64,000 nucleotides of DNA from Promethearchaeota archaeon (GCA_048940445.1 JBHLON010000018.1:1-64000), one strand, 5' to 3'. Numbered from the stretch's first letter, positions 19,094 to 30,094 are shown. The notes: generated by a model not told the origin, from the letters alone. Program-made: numbers and translations.

Positions 19094-20242
19094 TTGAGAG
19101 AATGGTCAGCGATTATTTTAGCTGGTGGTAAGGGAACACGTTTAATGCCCTTGACTTCTCAAATTCCAAAACCATTAGTAAAAGTTACAAATAAACCAAT
19201 GGTAGACTATTCTATCGCACACTTAATTTATGCAGATATAAAACATATAATTCTAGCTTTAGCATGGCAAGGTAAGTTAGTAAAGGAACACATTGAAAAG
19301 ACATGGACCCCTGATAAATTGGGAGATGTTGAATTGGAATGTTTAGTTCAAGATAGCAAAGGTACTGCTGATGCATATAGGCTTTCGGCAAATAAAATAG
19401 ATTCTGAAAAAATTGTTGTTAGTATGGCAGATATAGTGACTAATCTTCCAGTGAGAGATTTTATGGAGTTTCATTCCGAAAAAGGTGGAATTGCTACCAT
19501 TTCTATGAAAACTAGTGAAAGTCATACTAGCCAGTATGGAGTTGTACTTTTAGATAAAAATAGAAAAATATATTTGTTTTTAGAAAAACCTGCTCCAATG
19601 GAACTGTATTTAAGCAGTATGGCTCAAAGAACGGATTTATTTTTGCATACTAATATTATCAATACAGGAATATACTGCTTTAAAAAGGATATAGCTGATA
19701 TTCTTTTCAGGACAAACTTAATGGATTTTGGTGGAGAAGTCTTTCCGTTTTTACTAGAAAATGAATATGAATTATATGGATTTGTAAAGAACTATTATTG
19801 GCTAGATTGTGGAAATGCACAAACTTATAAATGGGCAAATTGGGATTTATTACGTAAATATGCTTGGCCAATCACTCCAAATGGAGAAGAATACGACCAA
19901 GTTTTTGTTATGGGCATTATTGACTCCGGACAAAATGTAACCATTGAAAAGCCTACATGTTTTGGAGAATTTGTTGAGCTTAAAAATAGAGTTAAAATTA
20001 GAGAATTAACTTCTATAGGAAATCATGTTACAATTGGGGAAGATACCGTTTTAGAGAAAAGCGTTATTTGGGATCATGTGAAAATAGGAGCGGGCTGCAA
20101 AATAATAGATTCAGTTATCTGTGATAATTGTGAAATAGGAAACAATGTAGTTTTATATAATACTATTGTAGCTCCGACAAGTAAACTAAATGATGATTTA
20201 GAACTAAGAGATGAGGTCATTGAACTTGGGGAACAAAGATAA
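19094..20242 (+). CDS. NDP-sugar pyrophosphorylase (mannose-1-P guanylyltransferase/glucose-1-P nucleotidyltransferase family)
   Basis: ILAGGKGTRLMPLT..PKPL, GTAD, FLEKP, NTGIY, YWLDCG, C-terminal hexapeptide repeats. Confidence 0.92.
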   Translation: MREWSAIILAGGKGTRLMPLTSQIPKPLVKVTNKPMVDYSIAHLIYADIKHIILALAWQGKLVKEHIEKTWTPDKLGDVELECLVQDSKGTADAYRLSANKIDSEKIVVSMADIVTNLPVRDFMEFHSEKGGIATISMKTSESHTSQYGVVLLDKNRKIYLFLEKPAPMELYLSSMAQRTDLFLHTNIINTGIYCFKKDIADILFRTNLMDFGGEVFPFLLENEYELYGFVKNYYWLDCGNAQTYKWANWDLLRKYAWPITPNGEEYDQVFVMGIIDSGQNVTIEKPTCFGEFVELKNRVKIRELTSIGNHVTIGEDTVLEKSVIWDHVKIGAGCKIIDSVICDNCEIGNNVVLYNTIVAPTSKLNDDLELRDEVIELGEQR

Positions 20243-20356
20243 TTCTAAAAATCTTATGATTTAATGAAATTCTAATAAATTGTTAGACAGAATTTTGATA
20301 TTAGTTAACATAAAAATTAACTACTTTAAAAAAATTGATTAAAATATTGAAAATAA

Positions 20357-20842
20357 CTATTTGGATGCTTTTCTTTTGCGTATTTCTACAAATTCTATTA
20401 TTATACCGAAATCTTTCGCGGTATCCATATAGGCATATTCCAACTTACCAAAATTGAAAAATCCAGTTTGAATAACCTCTAGACTTTTATTCTGAAAGTG
20501 ATCAATATAATTTTTAAGATCTTCTACGTAACATCCAAAATGATGTAGTCCTTCCCTTTTAGCATCTATAAATTCTTTGTAAATACAATCACCATTTAGC
20601 CATTGGAAAAGCTCAATTGATGTACCAAAACATCGGCTGACTCCAATCTTCAAAGAAAAGTTAGTTTGTTTTCCCCGATAGATAGCGGACTGGTCGATAG
20701 CGTCTGAAAAGTTGAATTTTGGCATTTTAAATAGTGATTCCATTACCTTTGCTTGTTTCTCAGCTTCCTTATAAATGAAACATATATGATCTATTTTTAG
20801 AGTTCCTAGACTAATATCAATTTTAGACTCCATTTGTACCAT
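20357..20842 (-). CDS. VOC-family protein (methylmalonyl-CoA epimerase-like)
   Basis: IDHICF, IELFQ, EGLHHFG, YAYMDT, IIEFVE. Confidence 0.85.
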   Translation of the reverse strand: MVQMESKIDISLGTLKIDHICFIYKEAEKQAKVMESLFKMPKFNFSDAIDQSAIYRGKQTNFSLKIGVSRCFGTSIELFQWLNGDCIYKEFIDAKREGLHHFGCYVEDLKNYIDHFQNKSLEVIQTGFFNFGKLEYAYMDTAKDFGIIIEFVEIRKRKASK

Positions 20843-20924
20843 TAAAAATTTTTTGAATTAATAAGTTATATTTCAAGATAAGGATATAAAAAATTTTAAC
20901 TAATGGCTAGGAAATTTGATTTTT

Positions 20925-22301
20925 TTATATTTGTTTTTGAAGATTTGATACCTTTTTCTCTAATTTCTTAATTTTTGATTCGCTTCCATTTCCTTTAAAA
21001 GATTCGTCATTTAAAAGTCCAATCGCTTGTTTAAAGTGCTGTATTGCGTTAATATAATCTTTTCTTTTTTCTGCCTTTTCTCCTGCTTCTAGGTAAAATC
21101 CAATTTCGATTTCCTTAATCTTTTTATCAAGTTCTAGGACTATAAATGAGATTCGCCCAACATCTATTTTAAGGTCAAAACCAGTTGCTAAATAAAGAGC
21201 TTTTTCATATTCTTTTTGTGCTTCTTCGTATGCTAAGGCTTTTTCAGCAGTTTCTCCCTTTTTCATATATTGTTCAATTAACTTTTTAGCTTCTTCAAGA
21301 GTCATATTTTGAGCTTTTTCTTTTAGTTCATTAACTGCATTATCATTAGCAATTATAGGGGATATTAGTTCATTGTCAGCTATTCTCACTGCTCGATTTT
21401 CTTGGAATTTTCTGACCTCATTTTCTATAGATTCAATATTCGAAGGAATTATTATATTTTTCTTCAATAACTGGTAAATTTCATAAAGAATAATATGTGG
21501 AGATAGATTTACTATATTCTGCACTTTATTTAGCAAGTTATTAATAAAAAAAAACTTTTTCTTTGCTAACAATTCATGAGCAAAATCGATTATTGCTTTC
21601 TGGATGATATTTTTATTAATCTCATTAATGTCATCCGGTAATAAGGTGTGAGTCAAAACCATAGGAAACACAAGCCTTATGTTAAATGTTTCTATAATAA
21701 AATTGATGGTATCATCAAAATTGCGAAAACCAGTGCTTAATAGCTGTTCAATCTTTTTGGAATAGATCTGCTCATATTCACTTAAAAACTTTGCGACACA
21801 TTGTTTTAAACTTTCTGATGCTTTTTGATCCAATACTAAACAAACTCTAATGAAATTGCCATTTCTTACCAAAATATTAAATGTTTCAAATTGTAATTCA
21901 TAAAAACTACGTTGCCCTATAACATCGGTGCCATTACCTAAAGCTTTACCCGAAGTTGAAAACATGATATTTGCTTGTATAAAACCAATTAAGAGATCAA
22001 CATTAATTGATCCCCCTGAAACGGGATAATTTACTACAAGAAGTCCAGAATCTTTGGTTATTAATATTATATGTTTAATGTTTAAAATGTCTAAAAATTT
22101 ATGCCAAATTATGCTTTGTTGCATCTGGATTTGTTTTTCTTCTGAATCTACAATAGAAATTTTTATATTTTGACTAACATCAAATCCGACTTGTGCAAAA
22201 TAATTCATAACACATTCTTTGCACTGATCTGGATAAAAAGTACAAGATTCTTTTTCCTTACCACAATTAAATCCGATGCGACTAACTTGAAAATAGACCA
22301 T
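20925..22301 (-). CDS. longin-like domain protein with N-terminal Cys cluster and C-terminal TPR/MIT-like repeats
   Basis: HIILITKDSGLLV..DLLIGFIQANIMF longin-type pattern; C-x6-C-x6-CxxC; YEEAQKEYEKAL and YINAIQHFKQAI. Confidence 0.65.
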   Translation of the reverse strand: MVYFQVSRIGFNCGKEKESCTFYPDQCKECVMNYFAQVGFDVSQNIKISIVDSEEKQIQMQQSIIWHKFLDILNIKHIILITKDSGLLVVNYPVSGGSINVDLLIGFIQANIMFSTSGKALGNGTDVIGQRSFYELQFETFNILVRNGNFIRVCLVLDQKASESLKQCVAKFLSEYEQIYSKKIEQLLSTGFRNFDDTINFIIETFNIRLVFPMVLTHTLLPDDINEINKNIIQKAIIDFAHELLAKKKFFFINNLLNKVQNIVNLSPHIILYEIYQLLKKNIIIPSNIESIENEVRKFQENRAVRIADNELISPIIANDNAVNELKEKAQNMTLEEAKKLIEQYMKKGETAEKALAYEEAQKEYEKALYLATGFDLKIDVGRISFIVLELDKKIKEIEIGFYLEAGEKAEKRKDYINAIQHFKQAIGLLNDESFKGNGSESKIKKLEKKVSNLQKQI

Positions 22302-22655
22302 AAATGAAAAAATTTTTGTTTTATCTTGTAAGTAGGGTCAATGTTAATAAGATTTTCTAGAAATCTCTTTGTTATGTGAAAACGGAATTGGTTATTACAA
22401 AGTAATTTATTTACCAAAAATGTTAAATTGCGATTCAAACTGATTTTAAAGAAGAGATTTTCAATCTCAGCGTCCAAGTGTTTTAAATCTCTAACCACTT
22501 ACTTGAAAAATTTAATTAAATTTCCATGTAAAAATTGCGAAATTAGAAACAATATCACTTTACTCATGCAACTTTAACTCCGAATTATAAAATAAGTAAT
22601 GTTCCTCAAATTCAAGAAAAAATTCTTGATCTTGGAACCTATAATGGATTGGTTT

Positions 22656-25600
22656 TTATCTATTCCTATTTTTTTCAATATCAAGAAACTTTTGAACTTG
22701 GTACCTTGATCTCTTCGCACTTTCAATTAATTGCATTGTATATATAAATATGCTTTCTATCTTTTCGAGTTTAAGTTCATTCTTATAAGCAAAGTAAGTG
22801 ATTAAGGTTACTAAAAGTAACCATCTTAGTAAATCTTCGAATCTTTCAGCGCTAAACCATAGAATATCTTGATATCTGTTAAAGAGAAGAAATTGTTGAA
22901 TTTCAGGGTCTCTCATTAGAATTTCCATGTATAAGGGATTATCTATTTCATTAGATAAGCGTAAATTAAAAAGATTTTGATATTTAATTAAAACTTTAAT
23001 GAGTGAAACTGTTTCTCTTATTTTATCAGGTTCATTTGGAAGTAAAGAAGTAAGAAAAAGCGAGATATATTTAGATAAATGCCAATCATCAATTATACTT
23101 CGTGATCGAAGTTCATAATTTTTTAATCCAGAAATTTTTCCAAGATTATGAAGATATACCCAACTTGTTAGGATAGCGTACTCAAGGTAGGTTTTAGGAA
23201 GTAAATTTCTGAGTTTTTCAACTATAAGAGGAGATAAGGCAAAAGTGTTAGTAGTATCATTGAGGTGTGTCATTAATTCTAATTTCTTTAATATCTCTTC
23301 CTTTATATCAGTGATACTGGTTTCACTGGCAGAATATTTCTTAGCAGCATCTAGGAATTGTAATAATTGTTGTGAAATTTGTTTTATTGTTTTATTTCTA
23401 GTTTTATCTTTAAGTAATTTCTTAAGAGATTCAAGACTCATAATTGCTTGAAATGGTTCTATTAAAGGTTTATAAATCATCTCTTGAAGTGTCTCTTGTA
23501 AATTATAAACCCCCCTTCCTCCTAAAAGATCATGTAATTGGGAATAATGAAAGAATTCATTATCTTGTATTATCCTAAAATCCATAAAAACCGTTCTCTG
23601 ATACGCTCTTAATTCTATATATAATCCTTGTTCGTGTAAATCTCTGTTTCTTCGAATATATTCTAAACCTGTTACATAATCTTTAAAAGTACAATAGCCT
23701 TCGATTGGTAATTCTAATCCTTCTGCAAGATATCTTTGAATTACACTTTGTTCATCGTCGAGCTTATCTAAAAATCCTACAGAACTTTTTATGAACCCTT
23801 TGGTTTCTCTAAATTTATTATGATAAATAATTAAAGCCCTCTCATTACCGAACTTATTTGAATAGGCGAATACATCCTCATTTACATAATTTCCAGTCCA
23901 GAAATCATACATCAAAAAATTATTAACGTTTGCAAATAAATATCGCTTCTTTAAAAGCGGAAAAATCGTATCTTCATGATGTTTTAACATTCCATAATTC
24001 ACATTTTCATTCCAATATGCTTTCCGATACTCCATACCATATTTTTCGTGATACCCTTCGATTTGACCATGACCAAACATTGGTAAACCAGGCATAGTTA
24101 CCATTAGAGTACAGATTCCAAAATACTTCTCTCCATCTCCGAATTGTTTGATTGCTGTTTCTTCATCCGGATTGTTCATAAAATTAACAAATCTCTTTAA
24201 GATTTCGGGATCAAATTCAAGTGTATTTCGGATTACGGCCCGATAATTTGCATTATTTTCGTCACGCAACATATTCATAAACGCGGAATTATACACTCGA
24301 TGCATTCCTAAAGTTCTTACAAAAAATCCTTCCAATAGCCAAAAAGCTTCAGCAAGTAATAATGTATCTGGGTTTTCATCTTTAATACGATCTACGACTT
24401 CTCGCCAGAATTCGTTAGGTATTGCTTTTAGATACTCCTCTCGCGATATACCATGTTCAGCTCTCGAGGGTATAGCACCACCAGTTCCTGGTTCTGGAAA
24501 CCATAACCTTTGATAATTCCTCCTGGTAAGAGTCATTGCAGCATCAAAACGAATAATAGAAAATAATCTAGAGACATGCAAAATTGTTTGAATAACCGCT
24601 TCTCTCACTTCAGGTTTTAAATAGTTTAATTGCGCAGTATCATTCCATGGAAAACTTGTTCCATCATTACCATGATAAATGTATCTCTCATCACCATTTC
24701 GATAATCAATTCGTTTAAATGTTACAGCTGCATCGGTTCTTGAGAAATATTTATCTTCAATATATATCCCTAGATTTGAGTCTCCCGATAAACTCTCCCC
24801 AGAGTAGCTATAGGAAGGAAATGGAGGATATGGTAGTGCAATGAACCAATCAGGATGTTCTATAACCCATTTTGAGACTATTCCCATATGATTTGGGACC
24901 ATGTCACTTGCTAACCGAATTCCACGTTCCCATGCTCTCTTTTTTAAATTCATTAACGATTCATAGCCCCCTAAATCATAGGCAATCGTATAATCATATA
25001 TAGAATATGCACTAGCTTCTGCTTCAGGATTTCCACACCACCGTTTTATGGTTTTCGAAGCCTGACTCCGTTCCCATACACCAATAAGCCAAATAGTATT
25101 AAAGCCCCAGTTTCGCAAGAGATCTAATTCTTCATTTGGAATTTCGTGCAATTTACTAAGAGGGCGTTGATATTTCTTAGAAAGTTGAAATAACCATACA
25201 TATATGTTTTTAGCAATCATTACTGCTTTTGGCATCCATTCTTTATCTGGAGTAAAATTTTCAAATTCGGATTGATCATATTCATAAACTATTGATTCTC
25301 CGGGACCTAAACCACGAAAAAGTTCCTCTTCACGAATTAAATCTATAGCTGTTAGAATTCTGTAGAGATCTTTCCCCAAAAGATTTGCCCAATTTTGACT
25401 CATATATTCAAGTTGTTCACGAATAGAATGGGGAAATTTTTTTGCTGGTTCTATTAACATTTCAATTAAATTCTGACTTTTTGGACCGAATTTTGGCTTT
25501 TCATCAAAAAAATTGTTTATTTCGGTAATAACTTGATTATACTCAGGTTTTTTTTCTAAAGGTGTATCATCAAATAGTTCTAAATAGGGAGAAAAAGAAG

Positions 25601-26066
25601 GATTTTCGTTAGAAATCCATAAATCAATAAATTCATCTACAAAGGTAACTTTTTTCTTAAAAATAGCAGTTTTGCTTTCTAAAAATTCATCTGTATCACG
25701 TTCATGTAAATATATACTATTAGGAGGAAATTCTTCAACTAAATTTTTCGTAGTATCAAATAACTGTTCTTCTCCAATTTTTTCTGATAGATAATCATAG
25801 AGCTCCTTAAATAGTAGTTCATTTCCTGTTTGTTTAATATAGGTTTTTATTAAATCTCTAGTGACCTCACAAATAAGAGCCATTCCGTTAAATTGACCTA
25901 CTTTTATTGCCAATTCTGGATATTGAATTAAATCTTTTTTTTGATTTAATTTTTGAACAAATAACCTAACTGAGTATATATCTCCATCGAATTCAATATT
26001 TCCTTTTTCAGTCAATTTAAAATTTTCTAATCCATACTTTCTTCGAGCTTCTCTGGATAACTTCAT
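22656..26066 (-). CDS. large GH13 alpha-amylase-family glycoside hydrolase
   Basis: DMVPNH, RFDAAM (nucleophile), LAEAFW (acid/base), NNPDE. Confidence 0.9.
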   Translation of the reverse strand: MKLSREARRKYGLENFKLTEKGNIEFDGDIYSVRLFVQKLNQKKDLIQYPELAIKVGQFNGMALICEVTRDLIKTYIKQTGNELLFKELYDYLSEKIGEEQLFDTTKNLVEEFPPNSIYLHERDTDEFLESKTAIFKKKVTFVDEFIDLWISNENPSFSPYLELFDDTPLEKKPEYNQVITEINNFFDEKPKFGPKSQNLIEMLIEPAKKFPHSIREQLEYMSQNWANLLGKDLYRILTAIDLIREEELFRGLGPGESIVYEYDQSEFENFTPDKEWMPKAVMIAKNIYVWLFQLSKKYQRPLSKLHEIPNEELDLLRNWGFNTIWLIGVWERSQASKTIKRWCGNPEAEASAYSIYDYTIAYDLGGYESLMNLKKRAWERGIRLASDMVPNHMGIVSKWVIEHPDWFIALPYPPFPSYSYSGESLSGDSNLGIYIEDKYFSRTDAAVTFKRIDYRNGDERYIYHGNDGTSFPWNDTAQLNYLKPEVREAVIQTILHVSRLFSIIRFDAAMTLTRRNYQRLWFPEPGTGGAIPSRAEHGISREEYLKAIPNEFWREVVDRIKDENPDTLLLAEAFWLLEGFFVRTLGMHRVYNSAFMNMLRDENNANYRAVIRNTLEFDPEILKRFVNFMNNPDEETAIKQFGDGEKYFGICTLMVTMPGLPMFGHGQIEGYHEKYGMEYRKAYWNENVNYGMLKHHEDTIFPLLKKRYLFANVNNFLMYDFWTGNYVNEDVFAYSNKFGNERALIIYHNKFRETKGFIKSSVGFLDKLDDEQSVIQRYLAEGLELPIEGYCTFKDYVTGLEYIRRNRDLHEQGLYIELRAYQRTVFMDFRIIQDNEFFHYSQLHDLLGGRGVYNLQETLQEMIYKPLIEPFQAIMSLESLKKLLKDKTRNKTIKQISQQLLQFLDAAKKYSASETSITDIKEEILKKLELMTHLNDTTNTFALSPLIVEKLRNLLPKTYLEYAILTSWVYLHNLGKISGLKNYELRSRSIIDDWHLSKYISLFLTSLLPNEPDKIRETVSLIKVLIKYQNLFNLRLSNEIDNPLYMEILMRDPEIQQFLLFNRYQDILWFSAERFEDLLRWLLLVTLITYFAYKNELKLEKIESIFIYTMQLIESAKRSRYQVQKFLDIEKNRNR

Positions 26067-26276
26067 TATCTACACGAATCATTCATTCTTAAAATTTATA
26101 AACAATTTATCAAAATCGGGTAACCGTTTTGATGATGCTAAAATATTAATTTTTCCTACTAAAATAAAGCGTTCTTAATTTTTAAAAACAGTTAAAGTTA
26201 TTAATTTAAGATAAGCTATATAATATATATTTTCCAATTGACTTTTCTCAATTAATTCAAATTTCAAATGAGATAA

Positions 26277-27671
26277 ATGGTTCAAAATCTTGAAAACTTA
26301 AATAAGAGCGGCCGAATAGTAGGACGGGCAAATTATATTTTTACACCGGAGGTTTCATGCTCAATTGGCTCTATTCATGGAAGCACGTTTAAGGAAAATG
26401 AAACGGTTGTAATTGGTAGAGATTATCATAATGATAGTCTTATGTTGAAAAGAGCATATTCATCAGGTCTTATGAGTACCGGAGTTAATATTTTAAATTT
26501 ATCTGATTGTACTTATCCTTTATTACAGTTTACAATAAGAAGATTTGGGGCTACAGGAGGAACATATTTTTCCGGTGGTCACTTATATAGTGAGGATGTG
26601 GGCGTCAGATTTGTTGATGCAGGAGGAATGGAATTTGCGCCCTCTGAAATTGAAAAAATTATAAAATCTTATAATATTTATCCTCAGAAAGTAAGAAGAG
26701 TAGAGCCCAGTAAAATAGGTCAAATAACTGCTATTCCACAAACTCAAGATGTATATATCAAGTCTTTAGAACAATTTGTGGATAAAAAAAGAATTAAGGA
26801 AGCAAATCTTAAAATTGTTGTAGATTGTTCATATGGTCCTACTGGGAAAATTACACCCATTTTAGTAAATGATATTGGTGTTGAGGTTATTGCTTTAAAT
26901 ACACATTATCGTCAACGGGAACATGTTCCTGTCCCAAGTATCAATACTATTAGAAATACAGCTAATATTGTAAAAGCTTCAAATAGTCATCTAGGGGTTT
27001 GTTTTGATGTTGATGGTTCAAGGTTATTAGTTTTGGATGAAAATGGTTTAGAAGTTTCTTATGAAGATTTATTAATGCTCTTTATAACTTATGATGAGCG
27101 GATTCAAAAATCTAAATCAAATACAATAATCTTAACTCCTTCAATTTCTTCAGTGGTGATGCAGTTTATTCGAGAGTCTGGATTTCCGATAAAACTTGTT
27201 GAAAACTTACCAGGGGAAATTTCGAGACATATTAGAGAGGAGAGAGCATGTTTTGCGGCAGCAGATACGTTTAAGTTTTACTTTCCCCAATACAGCCCTT
27301 TTAGTGATGGAAATTTCATTTTATTAAAGATTCTCGAAATTATGACGTCCCAAAAAGATCTCTTAAGTTCCTTAACCAAAGGTTTTCCCAAGGGAATCAA
27401 AAATAATAAAACTATACCAGTTTCAGCAGATTTAGCTGATAATATTCATAACCGTCTTATTAAGTTTACTGAAGATAATAATTTAAAGTATCAAGATATA
27501 ATTAATGAGTTAAAAATTATTGGAGATAATGTTTTTACAAATATTAAAGTGGCACTAAATAGAAACGCGATACTTCTTTCAGCAGAATCAGAGGATTTGG
27601 TGAAATCAAAAAAGATGATTGAGGAGTTATCAAAACTTATATCAGAGTTAGAATTATTATATGAAAAATAA
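26277..27671 (+). CDS. phosphoglucomutase/phosphomannomutase-fold protein with degenerate active site
   Basis: VVIGRD, IVVDCSYG, FDVDGSR, DG..LKILE fold markers; TASHNP replaced by SGGHLY. Confidence 0.8.
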   Translation: MVQNLENLNKSGRIVGRANYIFTPEVSCSIGSIHGSTFKENETVVIGRDYHNDSLMLKRAYSSGLMSTGVNILNLSDCTYPLLQFTIRRFGATGGTYFSGGHLYSEDVGVRFVDAGGMEFAPSEIEKIIKSYNIYPQKVRRVEPSKIGQITAIPQTQDVYIKSLEQFVDKKRIKEANLKIVVDCSYGPTGKITPILVNDIGVEVIALNTHYRQREHVPVPSINTIRNTANIVKASNSHLGVCFDVDGSRLLVLDENGLEVSYEDLLMLFITYDERIQKSKSNTIILTPSISSVVMQFIRESGFPIKLVENLPGEISRHIREERACFAAADTFKFYFPQYSPFSDGNFILLKILEIMTSQKDLLSSLTKGFPKGIKNNKTIPVSADLADNIHNRLIKFTEDNNLKYQDIINELKIIGDNVFTNIKVALNRNAILLSAESEDLVKSKKMIEELSKLISELELLYEK

Positions 27672-27745
27672 TAAATGAACTATTAAAGATTTAAAAAATA
27701 AAATTTTATATAAATAATAATAAATGAAAATTAATAATAAAAAGA

Positions 27746-28456
27746 TTGATATGTATGGCATTTACAATTGATACAATAATATTTTTAATTACTTTTTTCA
27801 TAATCTATGGAGTATTTTTAGTATTTGACGTATTTAAAAGAAATGAGAAATATGGATACCTTGCCTATATTATCGCCCTTTTACCTTCGGATTATCTCTG
27901 GGGTTTAGGATTTGACGTACTTGGAGTTTATTTAGTGTTATTTATCCTTTGGGACATATGTTTAATTCGCGATTTATTTGGAGTAGCAATGGAGAAAAAA
28001 GAGATTAACGAAATTATACTTTATTTCGTATTGGCAATTATTATTCAAATCATTCTTACGGGAATTCTGCCAGTTTCATTTCCTTTTATGCAAACTAATA
28101 CCATCCCGTATTGGTTTTTCTATATGCCAGATATCTACACAAGTACTTTTACCATTGAAGCTTGGGTTAATTATGGAATTTTATTGGGATTTAGAATCGT
28201 AGCAACCATGAGTGTTGGATTAGTCATCATCCCATTACTAATTGATTTAAGAGGAGAAGAAGTTCCTATACCTGTTTTTATCGTCATTATTGCACTCTTT
28301 ATTCTACCATTTCTCTATTTAAGCTATATATGGTTACCTGAGGCGATGGCAGTATTAACTGTTCTCTTTTCTGTTATATTGTTCATTGTATTACTCCTTA
28401 TAACAAGAAGTGGTAAAGAACAGCCTATAAAAACGACTCCCCAAAAGAAAAAATGA
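27746..28456 (+). CDS. multi-pass membrane protein of unknown function
   Basis: about 7 hydrophobic segments. Confidence 0.75.
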   Translation: MICMAFTIDTIIFLITFFIIYGVFLVFDVFKRNEKYGYLAYIIALLPSDYLWGLGFDVLGVYLVLFILWDICLIRDLFGVAMEKKEINEIILYFVLAIIIQIILTGILPVSFPFMQTNTIPYWFFYMPDIYTSTFTIEAWVNYGILLGFRIVATMSVGLVIIPLLIDLRGEEVPIPVFIVIIALFILPFLYLSYIWLPEAMAVLTVLFSVILFIVLLLITRSGKEQPIKTTPQKKK

Positions 28457-28534
28457 ATATGTATTTTTTATTTTTAATAAATTTTTTATTATTATTTTTG
28501 TGTCACATTAAAATGAATGTAAAACAATCATATC

Positions 28535-29536
28535 ATGGCTAAAAAAAAAAGTAGTCAATCGGATGATGAAACTGAAAGCGAAGAAAGTCAAAATAAAGTA
28601 AAATTTCAGTTAGACGACATACCTGGAATAGGAGAGGCCACTTTGAAGAAACTTAAAGAGGCAGGGATAATATCGACTCGAACTTTAGCTGTTTATCCTC
28701 TAACCAAATTAATTGAGGAAGCTGGAATTGGAGAAAAAACTGCTCAAAAGATAATTAAATCTGCTCAAGAAATTGAAAAAATGGGATTTAAATCTGCCGA
28801 CATTATTTGGGAAAAAAGAAAACTTTTAAAGAAGATCATGACAGGAAGTCAAAATTTAGACGATTTATTAGGTGGTGGTATTGAAACAGAGGCAGTTACT
28901 GAATTATATGGGGAATATCGAACAGGAAAAACGCAAATAGTGCATCAATTATGTGTAAATGTACAATTACCTTATGAAGAAGGAGGACTTGAAGGTAGCG
29001 CCCTATATATCGATTCGGAAGGAACATTCAGACCAGAGCGGATTGTTCAAATGGCTTCAGCAAAAGATTTGGATTATAATACCATACTAAGAAATATTAC
29101 CTATGGAAGAGCATTTAATAGCGATCATCAGGTGTTATTGGTAAAAGAGGCTCCTAAAATTATTGAAGAGAAAAATATTAAATTAGTAGTTATAGATTCA
29201 ATAATAGGTCATTTTCGCAGTGAGTATATTGGAAGAGGTACATTAGCAAATAGACAACAGATATTAAATGGTCATATTCATGATCTCTTAAGATTGACTG
29301 AGATATTTGATGAATTAGCTGTGGTATTTACAAACCAGGTTTCTGCTAAGCCTGATGTATTTTATGGAGATCCACTAAGGGCAACCGGAGGAAATGTGGT
29401 GGCTCATGGAGCAACGATTAGGATACGATTAAGGAAAGGAAAAGGTGAACAAAGAATAGCCAAAATGATTGATGCCCCACATTTACCTGAAGAAGAAGCT
29501 GTATTTTCTATAACCGAAGATGGAATAGGAGACTGA
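28535..29536 (+). CDS. radA: DNA repair and recombination protein RadA
   Basis: N-terminal HhH domain, FKSA polymerisation motif, [35 protein letters not shown]. Confidence 0.97.
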   Translation: MAKKKSSQSDDETESEESQNKVKFQLDDIPGIGEATLKKLKEAGIISTRTLAVYPLTKLIEEAGIGEKTAQKIIKSAQEIEKMGFKSADIIWEKRKLLKKIMTGSQNLDDLLGGGIETEAVTELYGEYRTGKTQIVHQLCVNVQLPYEEGGLEGSALYIDSEGTFRPERIVQMASAKDLDYNTILRNITYGRAFNSDHQVLLVKEAPKIIEEKNIKLVVIDSIIGHFRSEYIGRGTLANRQQILNGHIHDLLRLTEIFDELAVVFTNQVSAKPDVFYGDPLRATGGNVVAHGATIRIRLRKGKGEQRIAKMIDAPHLPEEEAVFSITEDGIGD

Positions 29537-29559
29537 AACAACTGTTTAAAGAATAAAAC

Positions 29560-29997
29560 TTAATAATGTAAATTCACTTCGACATCTATTCCTTCTCTTA
29601 CTGCTTGTGTGACCAGACAGTAATTCTCAAATATTTTCCTACATTGGTCTGCTCTTTTACGGGTTTTTGGGTCATCAATTTGAGAGTTTATATCAACATT
29701 GATTTTTTTTACCCTCCAAAACCCTTTTTCATTACGGGCAATCATTACTTCTGCTTCTGCTTTTAGGTTTTCTAGCGTTAGCTCCCTCTTTTTAAGACAA
29801 AAGATAAAACTAGCACTAAGACATCCCAAAATAGCTAAACCTAACATTCTTGAAGGATTTGGACCTAGCATATTGAATTCGTCTTTATTAGTATCATCGA
29901 TATAACAGTCTCTTACTTTCATTTCTCCTAGCTCACATTTAAATATCATCTGTTCTTCCAGAGAAATTCCGACATTAACTTTTTTCATTTCTGTCAT
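29560..29997 (-). CDS. OsmC-family protein
   Basis: GPNPSRMLGLAILGC ... NYCLVTQAV two-Cys pattern. Confidence 0.85.
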   Translation of the reverse strand: MTEMKKVNVGISLEEQMIFKCELGEMKVRDCYIDDTNKDEFNMLGPNPSRMLGLAILGCLSASFIFCLKKRELTLENLKAEAEVMIARNEKGFWRVKKINVDINSQIDDPKTRKRADQCRKIFENYCLVTQAVREGIDVEVNLHY

Positions 29998-30094
29998 ATT
30001 TCTTACCAGATTACATCTCTAGTATTTTAAACAAGATTGAAATTCTTAAAATTTATTTATTTAAATTATAAATTATTAAGTCAATCCATTAAGA

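Noticed and set aside
22205-22498. 97-aa minus-strand ORF overlapping the start of the longin-TPR gene; considered as a frameshifted N-terminus
   Set aside because: No motif and no clear slippery site, and the downstream gene has its own ATG. It cannot be supported.
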